Origin: Octopus bimaculoides
Lineage: Eukaryota
Assembly (NCBI RefSeq): GCF_001194135.2
Contig: NC_068981.1
Span: forward strand, 52,830,207-52,894,206
DNA length: 64,000 nt
Direction of reading: 5' to 3'
The position numbers were made by a program, and so were the translations under genes. Below are positions 37,645 to 50,358 of the stretch, in pieces. How positions within the stretch are numbered: the stretch's first letter is position 1; the number at the start of each line of letters is the position of its first letter. A model generated the notes under the pieces. The model was not told where the DNA came from, ran no database searches, and saw only the letters and a program-made list of their open reading frames with translations.

Positions 37645-38619
37645 GTAAGAAATTATTTTTCTTGTATCATTTTTGTTTTCATAAAACACATTACACTGGC
37701 ATTTTAAATTATGTAAATCATAATTTACTTTATAAGTTTTACTATTCAATGTATACACTATCAAAAACAATTAGGCACTGTTATTTTTGTGATATTATAT
37801 TTCTTTGATTGATTGATGAGTGTTTACTATCTCAAAAGCTAGGAAGTCCAATTTTTTATTATCAATTATAAACGATAATAATTATTACTGAGCAAAATAA
37901 GCATTTTTGTTTCCTTTTTAGATATTTTCTTAAAATGTTATTTAGATATTAAACATACAAGCCACCTGCATTCAGTATATAATATGATTGCAAAAAAAAA
38001 ACGTACAATAAAAGTACATTCTTATTCAGAGGTACATAACAATACAAATTCTTTTAACTATTAGTTAGTATAATAGTAATGCATGGCACATTCAAATAAT
38101 CTTAATCTATGAATAGATGTTCTAAAGCAGTTTTATATATATATAATTGAATACCTGCTTTATTACAGTTGAATCTCATTCAGAAAAATTCAGTAGTAAT
38201 GATTCACATTTAAGAAATAAGAAACTTAGCTCAGAAAGACTGAAAGATATGGGACTATAAAGTGCAATCAGTATCAAGTAGCTGGAAGAGAGGATACATG
38301 TTAGTATACATAACAAAGAAGGAAGTTGAGAAAAAGAGGGTTACACATGTTCTATATCATGAAAATCAGAAGTATGAGGTATTTCATATTGCATTGCTAT
38401 ATACCAGAAAATTGGGATATTGGGAATTACAAATTTATTATTTCAATAAGATACAGTCACTTTAAAATTTAATAAGAGTTACTTCCCTGTGATATTGGAA
38501 ACAATGAAGTTGGTCGTCATTTTCAATACAGCTGTTTCACTTTTACATGACTAAGAGTTGTTACATTAAATGCTAGCATAACATGTTTTTAGTTAATAAT
38601 AAAGTTTAAGTAAATCATT

Positions 38620-38910
38620 GATAAAGAAAAAAAATTATGTTGAAGCTTTTGATGAAAAAGAGGAGGATATAGCATCACATAATGTGGAGGACAACTGGAG
38701 GTTCCTAGGGGACAACCAGTTGAGAACTACTGACCAGATCTGTCACTGGTGCAAAGTCCCCACGCGACCTAAGGTAATGTGGTGGTGGAACAAGGTAGAT
38801 GACTGGGCCATTAGAGAAAAGAAACAGGCATGGAAGGACTGGAAGTGTGGTGATAGCAGAGAACTGTATCAGATCACCAGAAGTGAAGCTAGGAGACAGG
38901 TTTACTTATT
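38620..38910 (+). mobile_element. RTE-family LINE fragment (tether region)
   Basis: WCKVPTRPKVMWWWNKVDD.AIREKKQAWKDWK...RELYQI; homologous to 43860-44040 on the minus strand. Confidence 0.7.
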
Positions 38911-38999
38911 TTGACAGCTATGCTCTCGGAGCATCCACCTCCGCTTCTAACTTGGTCACCTAGGTAACAGAAGCTACCTACTACCTTTAGTTTACCCCC

Positions 39000-39960
39000 A
39001 TGGCAGTTGATGTACATTTTTGGTGTTTACTGTACCTGTGCACCTAATACGCACAAAAGCTATTTTCTATGTTAACCTTCCTCTGATATTGCTGCACTTT
39101 TTATGTGTGCAAACCTTAAACTGGGTGCATCTTACTGAGTTACTACCTACACCTTTTCTACAGATCGAGCAGGGCCATCTATCTGAAGGGACTTGTGATT
39201 TGTCTGCCTTCCTACTTACTAACAGTTTGAATTTTGCTAGGTTAACTCTAAGGCCCTTTGATTCTAGACCTTGCTTCCATATCTGGAACTTCTTCTCTAG
39301 TTCTGGTTGTGATTCAACTATAAGAACAAGGTCATCAGCATAGAGGAGCTCCCAGGAGTAGCCTGTCTTGAATTCCTGTTATTGCCTGGAGGACTATGAT
39401 GAACAAGAGTGGACTGAAGACTTATCCTTGGTGAACCCCTACTTGTATCCTGAATTCTTTGTTGTACTAATTGCCAATCCTCACCTTACTGGTAGCATCT
39501 TTGTACATGACTTGTACAGCTCTCACCAGCCACTTGTCTATTCCACATTGTCTACCAGATAAGAGATCAAAAGCTTTCTCCAAGTCAACAAAAGCTAAGT
39601 ACGGAGGTTTATCTTTGGCTAGGTATTTCTCCTGCAGCTACCTTACCAGAAATATTGCATTAGTGGAGCTTCTCCCTGGCATAAAACCAACCTGCATCTC
39701 ATCTAGACTAATTCTCCCCTAATTAGTTGAGCTATGACTTCCATAACATTCATCACCTGATCCAACAATTTGATACCTCTGTATTTCTGTCCAAAGCATC
39801 ACCTTTACCTTTGTAGCAGTTGACTATGTTGCTGCTAAACCAGTCATTAGGTATGACTCCTTTGTGAATTACCTGATGTATAATACAGGTGATGAGACCA
39901 TAGCCTACACTGCCAGATATTTTAAGCATCTCAGAAGTGATCCCTGAAGGGGATACAATC
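39000..39960 (-). mobile_element. RTE-family LINE RT fragment
   Basis: Minus strand gives MQVGFMPGRSSTNAIFLVRQLQEKYLAKDKPPYLAFVDLEKAFD and VGVHQG.VLSPLLFIIV. Confidence 0.8.
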
Positions 39961-40052
39961 AGAGGAACAATGAAAAATTGTTAGACAGTTCAGGGATTCT
40001 TCATTTGAGGATCCTGAATGAACATATGCACACAACAACATCTACATATGGA

Positions 40053-40095
<43 letters not shown>

Positions 40096-40772
40096 TAATA
40101 ATGAAACATACACACTTGTGTTTTGCTGTGATATGCAGACTCATGAGTGCAAGAGTATCCACATATACATATGCACAATGCACACATGTATGCATACATC
40201 AACCAATTCATGTAACAACAATCTTCAAAAGCTGTCTTGACTTTAAAAAAATGGGTAAAATAGGAACCTTGCAACTTTGTTAGTGACCAGCTTGAATTTT
40301 GCAAAGGAAGAAAAACTTAAAATAAATTCCAAAGTAAACATCTATCCATCAATCAATCAGTCAGGTGCAAGAATTGCTGTGTGGTTAAGAGGTGCTAATT
40401 AAGAAGTACAGGCATGCCAGGATGATTAACAAGTTTGCTTCATAACCATATGTTTGATCCTGCTAGATAGCATGTGTCTCTTGCATGGGCAAGTAGTCAT
40501 CTACTATACTTGTAAATATGTGTGTGTATGTGTTCCCATTTTATTAACATTGTTCATGTCTGCTGCAAAAATTGGCCTTTGAGAGATTTATTATTTGAAA
40601 GACCAGAAGAATAAGTAACTTATTTGTTGTAAGGGCTGTTGATAAGAAGGGCATCTAGCCATAGAAAAACTTCCTCAATTACTCTTGTTGATATAATATT
40701 TTATTACTTAAATATTGGTGTAAGGATAGCATTTCATAACTGTTTCTATGAGATTTTTTTTATATTTTGCAG

Positions 40773-40874
40773 GCCTGATGGCATAGGAACAGTTCTTCTC
40801 TCTGAAAAAGAGAAGTTTGATGAAATTAAGGAGCGATTGCGTGTACTATTGGAGAATCAGATCACAAACTTTAG
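40773..40874 (+). CDS. CADPS: CADPS exon ([34 protein letters not shown])
   Basis: ttgcag|G and AG|gtaatt; 102 nt, phase 2-2. Confidence 0.96.
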
Positions 40875-41518
40875 GTAATTTCATTTTTGCCATGTTTTTT
40901 TTATGCAAGTTGCTCAGATATTTAAATAAAGCCTCATGAATTATGTACAACTGAAGTTGTTATTAACATCAGCTGTTTAAGTTGTAAATTGTTACATATC
41001 AATAATATCATACTTTTGAAAACTTTAATGAAAACTTGTTTCTATGACCTCCTTCAATATATTCACTTTTCGGTTATTTATTACATGAGATCTTTAATGT
41101 TTATCTACTTCCATCAATAAGTTTATGATTAATTTACTAGTTAAATGCTTCTTAATTGCATCTAGAAGAAAAGATTTAAAATCAATATTGTTTATTAAAC
41201 AAGTTGCAAGAGAAAGAAAAGTGTAGTTGGTAGTAGAATCATTAGAGTGCCAGGTAAAATGTCTTGTGGTATTAAGTTATGTCCTGTTATGTTCTCAGTT
41301 CAAATTAGTCAACTTTACTTTTCCTCACTTTCAATTTGATAAAATAAGTAATGGAAATAAGTATTGAATGTTAGAAACCAGTATAAAAGAAGTAGCAAAG
41401 TTATATATTTTTACTAAATATTAGTAAATGAGATGAAATTATTTCGAAAATTAATTGCATGTGCGTATTGTATATCAAATTCGTTTATGAATATTACATT
41501 TGTAATTTTATTTTGTAG

Positions 41519-41582
41519 ATATTCCTTTCCATTTGGAAGGCCTGAAGGTGCTCTGAAAGCTACTTTATCTTTGTTAGAACGC
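41519..41582 (+). CDS. CADPS: CADPS exon ([21 protein letters not shown])
   Basis: ttgtag|A and CGC|gtaagt; 64 nt, phase 2-0. [19 protein letters not shown] is identical to CAPS. Confidence 0.97.
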
Positions 41583-42363
41583 GTAAGTAATATGAGATTC
41601 TTATTAGTTTTTGTTTCTACAACTAATTCAACTTTTTCTTCAAAGTTTGAATAAAAATACAATTTTAAATAACTTTTTAATGTGCATTACTTATTAGATT
41701 GCTCTCATTTAATTAAATTTAATCCAAGACAATAATTCATGGGAACTACACAATGAGAATCAATTACAAGCAAGAGATTAACACAATATCTTTTAGCTGT
41801 ATTTTAAACTACTATTTCCATTGACTTGATATGCAAGAAATTATAAAAATTTTAACTTTTTATCATAATTTTAGTTAGAGAACTGTGTAGTTATAATAAA
41901 AGATGAACACTTCTCATTTGATATCTTGTATTTTGTAAAAGCAAATGAGTATACATTTCTTAAATATATATATATGCTGTAGTTTTCTATCTTGTCATGA
42001 ATTGTTTCAATTGTTATCATTAAATATTTGTCATATTAGACAAATTTTCATATCTCTTTGGAAATGTTCAACTTATTTAATAATTATTTAGCACTATTTA
42101 ATCTGTGTCATATAACTCAACTACATCTTTCTTAACATTATGTATTACAAGTCATTCTCTCTAAGGCTAAATACCATGGCATTCTTCATTGTTATGTCCT
42201 TCTTGTTCTCTAAATTTAAAATAACTTAAAGATGTTACTGAATGAATCCACTCAGTTGAACTCCTTTATAATTGCTTACTGTTTTATTTGTCAGCAATAA
42301 GAAAAAGAAAGCTGAGGTTTCATCAGTGAGACCTATGAAGTAAATTTATTACTTTGGTTCTCA

Positions 42364-42423
42364 ATTTTAGAAATTTGTTTCTTATTTTAGAAATTTGTTT
42401 CTTATTTTAGAAATTTGTTTCTT
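42364..42423. repeat. Perfect 3x 20-bp tandem repeat (attttagaaatttgtttctt)
   Basis: Three identical adjacent units. Confidence 0.95.
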
Positions 42424-42984
42424 AGATAACCTCATTTTCATATTTCTCAGGACCATATTGTTACTTCTGTTCTTTAATATGTTTATTATTTAAGTTGCAT
42501 AAAATAAGCATTTTGTCTATTTTACAAAGAAATCCCCTCAGGTCATCATCATCATCATCATCATTTAACATCCTTTTTCCATGCTGGCATGGGTTGGAAG
42601 GTTTAACTAGAGCTAGTCAGCTGTGGACCAGACTAGGTTCCAGTCAGATTTGAATTCTATGGCTGGATGCCTTTCACAGTGCCAACCACTTTACAATGTG
42701 GTGGGTGCTTTTTACATGGCATCTGCACAAGTGCTCTTTACATGGAACCAGCGTTAGTGCTTTTTACACAGCCTGACACAAATGCTTCCTACATGTCCTA
42801 ATATAGGTGCTTTTAATACGACCTGGTTCCTGTGCTTTTTGCATGACACAGGCATAGGTAATTTTTACATGATACCAGCATGGGTGCTTTTTATGTGGAA
42901 CTGGCATAAGGCTCTTGTAAGGCAAAAACCCTTTCAGCTAAAGGGGAGAATTAACTATCCTTCTGTGGTACAAAATAATATTCT

Positions 42985-43017
<33 letters not shown>

Positions 43018-43489
43018 CATCATTTAATGTCTATTTTCCATGCTGGCATGAGTTGAATGATCTGACAGGAGCTGGCAAGCTGGAGAGCTGCACCAGGTTC
43101 CAGTTGTCTGTTTTGGCATAATTTCTACAACAGGATGCCTTTCCTAATACCAACTACTTTACAAAGTGTACTGAGTGCTTTTTACATGGCACTGGCACAT
43201 GTGCTTTTATGTGGAACTAGCACAAGTACTTTTTATGTGGTACTGGCACCAATGGGATTTCCAAGTAACTTACAAGACAAAGACCTCTTAGTTGAAAGAG
43301 GGAGTGAAACTGAGGGAAGTGGCTGTGTGGTAGGCAAGAGGTTAGAGATAGTTGTCTTACTATAGAGAAGAGACTTGGACAGTAGGACAAGGAAGGAGAA
43401 GATGGGAAGGAGTTTGAGAGAAAGATAGAGAGAGAGATGGACACCCTGATTAACTGTACAAGTGACTAACCGATATCCCGCTTTGCCAG

Positions 43490-44260
43490 ATATTTAAGCA
43501 TCTTGGCAGTGATTCCTCTCTTCAAAGACTGATTTACCCTATCTACCAAACTACTGTGGATTCAGTTAGCTGGTCCCTCTGTTGGGTTCACATTAGGCAG
43601 ACTCTCCTTCTCACATGCATTCTCTATATTTAGCAGCTGTTCATAATGGCACTTTCAAGCCTCTTTCTTTGCAGAATCGCTAACTACAAGTGAACTGTCA
43701 TCCATGCAAATGCACTTCTCTCCTACAATATTGCAATTTTCTCTAACACACTGTCTTGCAATCCAAAACATCTCAAGTCTCTGCTTCTCTTGTCGCAGAA
43801 CATTGACAAACTTCTTTTTTGCTTCTCCCCTAGCTAAATATACCTGTCTCCTACTTTTAATTCTAGCAACCTGATACAGTTCTCTGCTACCACCTCTCTT
43901 CCATTCTTGTTTCTTTGTTCAAATGGCCCTATCTACTACACTGTTGCACTACCTTGACACCTTAAGTCTGAATGGGACTTTGTATCAGCCACAAATTTGG
44001 TCAGTGGCTCTCATTAAGTTGTCCTGTGAGAGCTTCAAAATGACCTCAATATTATATGTCACTATCTCCTTCTTGCCAAATGCATCAATTAGAATGTCTC
44101 TAAATTTCTGACTATTCAGAGGAGACTTTCTCTTCCAGACTGGTTTGCTTCTTGGAATCCCTCTAGTCTGAAATCTGAAGTTATTTCTTCCAGTCAATTC
44201 ATATATTACTTTATTTTGTCCAAATTTAGCAATAACAAGAAGTATACTTAGTGTTTGCAT
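43490..44260 (-). mobile_element. RTE-family LINE fragment
   Basis: DNLMRATDQICG.YKVP and GGSRELYQVAR...RRQVYLARGEAKKKF on the minus strand. Confidence 0.72.
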
Positions 44261-44383
44261 TATTAAAAATTAAAATTCAGTTTGTTACTAATAACTTGGA
44301 TTTACAATCTCTGAATTTGAACAAATAATTTATTTGTGAATTTAATTTCATTCAACATATATATGTATTTTTATTTATTTTAG

Positions 44384-44507
44384 GTTCTGATGAAAGATAT
44401 AGTGACACCAGTCACTCCTGAAGAAGTTAGGAAAGTTATTAAGAAATGTTTGGAAAATGCTGCGTTAGTTAATTATACTAAGATATCTGAATATGCAAAA
44501 ATTGAAG
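44384..44507 (+). CDS. CADPS: CADPS exon ([41 protein letters not shown])
   Basis: ttttag|GTT and AAG|gtaggg; 124 nt, phase 0-1. Confidence 0.96.
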
Positions 44508-45715
44508 GTAGGGTTTTCTTTATTTTCCTTTATGTGTTCCAGCCTGAAGGCTGTAGCCATGCTGGGGTACTGCCATTTTTAAGGGCTATTAAGAAAGTCT
44601 TTAGACATTGTATGAGCTTGTTATTAAGTTTTTAGCTATTTCACAGAAATTGTGAAAGTGCATGGCTTAATGGTTAATGTTTTCAGCTCACAATTGTAAG
44701 TGCATGTATTTGATTCCCAGTGGCATGTTGTGTCCTTGAGCAAGACACCTTATTTCATATTGCTCCAGTCTACTCAACTTGTAAAAATGAGTTGTACTTG
44801 TAATTCAAAAGGCCAGCCTTGTCACATTCTGTGTCACACTTAATCGCCCTGAGAACTACATTAAAGATACACGTGTCAGTGGAGTGCTCAGCCACTTACA
44901 TATTAATTTTATGAGCAGGCTGTTCTGTTGATTGGGTCAACTGAAACACTTGTCATCATAACTGATGGAGTATCAGTTTTTATTTCACAGAAACATATTT
45001 GTAATGACTAATGCAATATATTTTCTAAATATGAAAAGAATTTGTCTGTTATTTAAGGTAAAAGAAATTTTTTTTATTTTTAAAATTGAAATGTTAAAGG
45101 GATTTTTAAAAAGATTGAAACAGACAGTTTTAAAGTGATTTTACCAGAAAATATATCTTAAATTCTGTCCAACCTATGTGATGGTGATGATTTGTATCTA
45201 TGTGTATACACACGGACACACAGACATGTGTATACAGACACACAGATACAAAAACATCTGCACACACATACACACCAGTTTTCTTTCAGTTTCTATCTAC
45301 CAAATCCAGTTACAAGGTTTTGGTTTACCCAGAACTTTAATAAAAGACACTTACCCAAGGTGCCATGCTGTGGGGATGAACCTGAAATTATATGATTGGA
45401 AAGTAGGCTTTGCAGCCACATAGCCATGCCTACATCTGCTGTTTCTATTATTTACATAATTCTGTAAAATGTGGAGTGGACTTGCAGTCCAGTAATTATA
45501 CTTTGTATTGATCCTAATTAATAACTTATTAATAAACTTATAGCTTTTATTTATATTACTATGTTATTATATATCACATCCTACTCATTTTCCTCCTATT
45601 TTCATTTTGAAAATAAACCCCTTCATCCTACTTTCCAGGTTCTTAGACATAAACTTTTAATTATATTTTAAAAAGTTTTTACTTATTTCATCTAATAATA
45701 CATCTATCTTTACAG

Positions 45716-45733
45716 CAAATGAACGTGCTGCTG
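45716..45733 (+). CDS. CADPS: Candidate 18-nt microexon (ANERAA)
   Basis: ctaat branch-like motif at 45692, tctttacag|CA acceptor, CTG|gtatga donor; phase 1-1, open frame. TGCATG at 45784. Confidence 0.72.
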
Positions 45734-47149
45734 GTATGAAAATGTTCATATATTTGTTGTTTCTGTTTTGTGTTTAGTTTCAGTGCATGTTATTGTGATG
45801 CAGTTGTCTTTAAAATTAGAATTAAGTTGATGTCCGTGTTGTTGCTTTATATATATTTTGAAAAAAAAAGAATAAAGTTATTGTAATTTGTGGTTCATCA
45901 TCATCATCATCATTGTTTAATTTCCGCCCTCCTTGCTAGCATAGATGGGATAGTATTACAATTAATTATATCTATTATGTTTCTTAAATTCATTTATGTA
46001 ATCTTTTAATTCTTTTACTTATATCTAACAATTATAGTTATATATATATATTTAGATTCTAATTTCTGCTTGTTTAATTTGGGAACAATTATTTTCCTGT
46101 TGTAATCTATGTATTAGTTAAACTTAATATCTGTATCAACTTTATTTATCCATCTTCCTTTATTTAGATAAATGAAAACAAAAAACTGCATGAAAAGTTT
46201 ATGAAGATTGATAGATCTTATAATTTTATACTAGTTGTTTAATAATGACAAATATATATAAAACACACTAGTAAATGTAATTGGTTTCAAAATATCACTT
46301 TTCTATGATGATGGTTGTCATTTAAAACTTATGACTTAACCTTCCTGTTGACATGGAAATGTTGATGTAAAATGATGTCATTAGAACTACCAGATACATT
46401 TTAGTATTTCCTTATAACTTGTATTCAATTTAGATAACAATGGTGTCATGCTGGTGTTGAAAGAGTTGATGTAGGATGATAGTATATTATCCTTGATTAT
46501 TGTGTTAGACTTTCAATCTTTTCAGCGAGGTATCCTGATGCCAACTTTCACCTGTTTTCAAACATGAAACAGGTGAGATTTGGCATCAGGAAGTGCACCC
46601 AGTTGTAATAAACTCTGCCCCAACATAGTTTCATCAACCCATGCAAGCATGGAAAAGTAGGCATTAAGATGATGATGATGGATGATGATGTATGTATATA
46701 TGTATGTATTTGTGTTGTGATTTATCTGCATATAATCATTCTGTGTTTCTCTCCTGGTATGTGGCCTTTCTTGGATGAGAAGACTTGCTTTTGAATGTGT
46801 AATACTACCCCAGAATCTACAGATAAGATTATCTCTAGACCCTCTACTACTAAGAACATCAACAGCCTGCAAGTTTTACACATATTTCACTATTTAATGG
46901 GCAGTTTGATTTTTCTTGAATTGCAGGCTGTACTTCCTAGTTATAGAAGTACCATTTACTTCTATTCAGTGCAAGATGAATCTTAGCCGGTATACCATCA
47001 GCACCTGGTGTGTTTTTCTGATTTGACCTATTTGATGACAGTTTTGACTTCCTCTATATTAGGATTTTTACCCATTTCTTCTATATTATAGTGCTGCAGT
47101 AGATCTTTTATGACATTCTCATATGTTATGGATAGATTGTAGAAAAGAA

Positions 47150-47760
47150 CTGTGAAATGCTCTAGAGTAGATAACAAGTAATATCTAAAAAGGTTTGTCA
47201 GTCAGCCTCATGGACAAAATGGAAAAAGGCATTGTCCCAGAGGATGGTAAGGGAGATGTGCTGCAACAGCCACTCTGACACATGGGGCTTGCACTTGTGG
47301 ATAACCATCTCCACCTCAATAGCAGTGAGCAGGGATGTGGTCTAGGCTCCAAGAATGCCAGAGGTCTCTACTGCTACAGACTCAACGACAAACCTGTTAG
47401 AGAGTAGCCAATACTTAAATAGTTTGCCCTTCTTGGCCTGTTGAGCAGTGAACCCTGGGCTGGACACTGAACACATCTATTACCACTAGAGAAGGTGTTA
47501 AATTATGTGGTATCCACAATGAGGGGGGGGGCCTACAACCATGGAATGGGAAAATTGTCATACCGTCAAGCCGTTTACTGTCCCTTTCGTCTAACTCCAT
47601 TGGCTCAAGTTGGGAAGGGAAGCCTGCAATGTTCAGGCCATGTTTTATAATCTCATTGAGAGTAGCATGGTATGGAGGGCAGCCAGTACTATAATGGCAT
47701 GACAATAAGTGAGGTTGAAAGAATCCACAGTAGATCCACAGCAGCATTTGTGAGGCTTAC
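47150..47760 (-). mobile_element. CRE-like non-LTR retrotransposon, C-terminal REL endonuclease remnant
   Basis: HLLSCHYSTG...HATLNEIIK...AGFPSQLEP.ELD..DSKRLDGMTIFPF resembles RH..LNDII.RAL..AG.PS.LEP.GL.R.DGKRPDG.T. Confidence 0.62.
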
Positions 47761-47819
47761 AGATCTATTTGGCAAATTGCTTATGTCAGGCATAAGATTT
47801 TTCAGGTTTTAAAGCAAAG

Positions 47820-48670
47820 AAAATTCAATATCATTTTTAATTCTCTTTACAATTAATGAATTGTTTTCCCTCTGAACAATGTTGCAACGATTTGAAAAGG
47901 TGACAGCTAGATGGAGCATGGTCAGGAGAATAAAGAGGATGAAGCAAAAGTTTCATAATTAGTGCCATAAACATTTCCTGAGTGAATTGAGTAATATGTA
48001 GTCTACATGTGAACAACATCCCTTAATGTTTGACCAATAATGGGAGTATTTTCTGCAAATTTTTGTGCAATGCTTCCAATTCATGACAATATTTGTCTTT
48101 ATTAACTGTTTTATTTTGGTTTAACACTTTATGGATAAACAACAACCTTCATAACCCTATCAAACACAGAGCATAATGTTTTGGGGTGTAGTCTTGGTTT
48201 GAGAATGGATTCTCCTTTTTCATTGGATACTATCCAATGTTGTTTTCATTGAATATGATTGTTTTCACCCCTTCTGATGATTCTATCCAGGAAAAGTTTG
48301 GTAGCAAGTCTACACTTCAGTGACACTCAGAAGACAATTCTTTGGTTAAACTGAGAAGCAGTCAGATGTTGATTGATCCACAGACCAAGTCGAGACACTT
48401 TCTCTGTTTGTGAAGGTGCCTTATGATCAAAGTGTGTCTTGAATTGAACTGTTTTGCTAATTTTTGTGCAGTTTGCTTTGGATTTTCCTCAATTACGGTT
48501 TTCAGAACCTGAATATTGACAGAATTGGTCATCCAGAATGAGGGAAATCTGTGAGAGAAAAATTTCCTGAGCAAAACTGGCCAAACCATCACTGGTTTGT
48601 CTGGACACTTAAAACTTCATTCCCACAGGCAGTATGAATATTTCTTATTGTTTCTATTGCTGACGAACCC
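47820..48670 (-). mobile_element. Degenerate mariner transposase
   Basis: LLHPLYSPDHAPS..HLFKSLQ (YSPDLAP motif) and LKTVIEENPKQTAQKLAKQFN...IIRHLH (HTH region). Confidence 0.78.
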
Positions 48671-49031
48671 CTTTTGAATTCATATAGCATGTGGTGTCTA
48701 ATATGAATCTGATCTAAACTCATTGAAAAGAGTAAAATCAATACACATTTAACCATTCTGGTAAAAAGTAATCTGCTAAGAAAGAATAATACATTAGAAT
48801 GTAAAAATTAATGCATATTTTACCATAAATATTGGAAATGTTCTCTCAAAGTGATCATGTCAATAAACGCAACAGGACTTTCTTTCCATTCTAATACACA
48901 CATGTACATGTATGTATATGTTTATCTATCTGTCTCTCTCTCTCTCTCTGTCCATGTGTGTGGGTGCATGTGTGCGCATGTATATACACACACATATATG
49001 AATGTGTTGTGTTTGTATATATATATGTATT

Positions 49032-49069
<38 letters not shown>

Positions 49070-50358
49070 AATACACATATTTTTACATATTTGTCAAATT
49101 TAATTCAAATAATGTTTATCTAAAAGCCTCATTCTCATTATTATTTTAGTAATTGCAAATAGATGATAGCTTTCAAACTTTTATTTCAATAATGGGAGAA
49201 ACTAATAGGAGTATTGATGAGATGACTGTGATCCTATAATCCATTATGACAATGGCATAACACTGCAGGTGTTGTACTCATGTTGTGAAGGTTACATTGC
49301 AAGATTGCATTCTACTGCAGACTTTACCCACATGTGTAATTGAGTGAATTATTTGTTAACACTGTTACTGCTTATTGTTTTGAATCATTTCTTATTAGCT
49401 GTACCTATTCTCAGTTATATGTATTAGACCATATATGAGTTAAATACTGGCCAAAAATGCATCTCTATGCAGATAATAGTACATGAATATTAGTTGTTTT
49501 TTTTAATTGTTGCATGTTTAATGTAGAAATATGTTGTAAAAATATTTTACACTTGAGAATATATAGTATATCGCATGAATAATAAATAGAACAGTAATAT
49601 ATATTTAGAGCAGCTTTCTTTTTTTATAATGCTGTATAGTGTTTGTGGTAATTAGTTTATAAATGCTAATGTACTTTTGTTTTATTAAAGCACAATAAAG
49701 GACACTATTGAGCTATTCAAATACAGTTCCACTATCATTGTCATATGCCAATATTAATGCAAAGACAAATGCTAAAGAGATTGTGGCACTAACTTCTCAA
49801 TAGTGGATTATGTGTTGTGAGAGTATATTCATAAAGTTGCTTTTTTTCAAAATTTCCGTTATTTCCAAAAGTATTAGATCTTTCTCTCTCCGGCCGGGAA
49901 ACTTTGTATTTCCTCTTCAGCAAGACACCTATATCTGTTTCACTGTAACCTTTTCATCATCACCATCTCCAATGCCACCTCCTCTCTTAAAAGTTTTTGT
50001 CTTTCAAGTACTTGTTGACCTTGTCAGTACAGATGCCACTTAAAAGCACCCAGTCCACACTGTAAAGTGGTTGGTGGTTCAGAAGGGCATCCAGCTGTAA
50101 AAACCTTGCCAAGACTGACCTCGCTTGTGCTTGTGCCACATAAAAAGCACTACTCACCTCACCTGTGCTTGTGCCTCATAAAAAGCACTAAGTCCACTCT
50201 GCTGAGTGGCTGGTGCTGTAAAAATCTGGTGCAGTACCATTCCACTTATGTTAGTATTGAACATGGATGTTAAATGATGATGAGATATCATATGTATTGC
50301 TGCAACTACTTTGTGTGAGTCAGCATTAAACAGGATTGTTGTGAAATACATGAAATTA

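Noticed and set aside
42364-42423. 3x 20-bp repeat considered as a CRISPR-like or regulatory array
   Set aside because: The units have no spacers and the context is eukaryotic; it is a simple slippage duplication.
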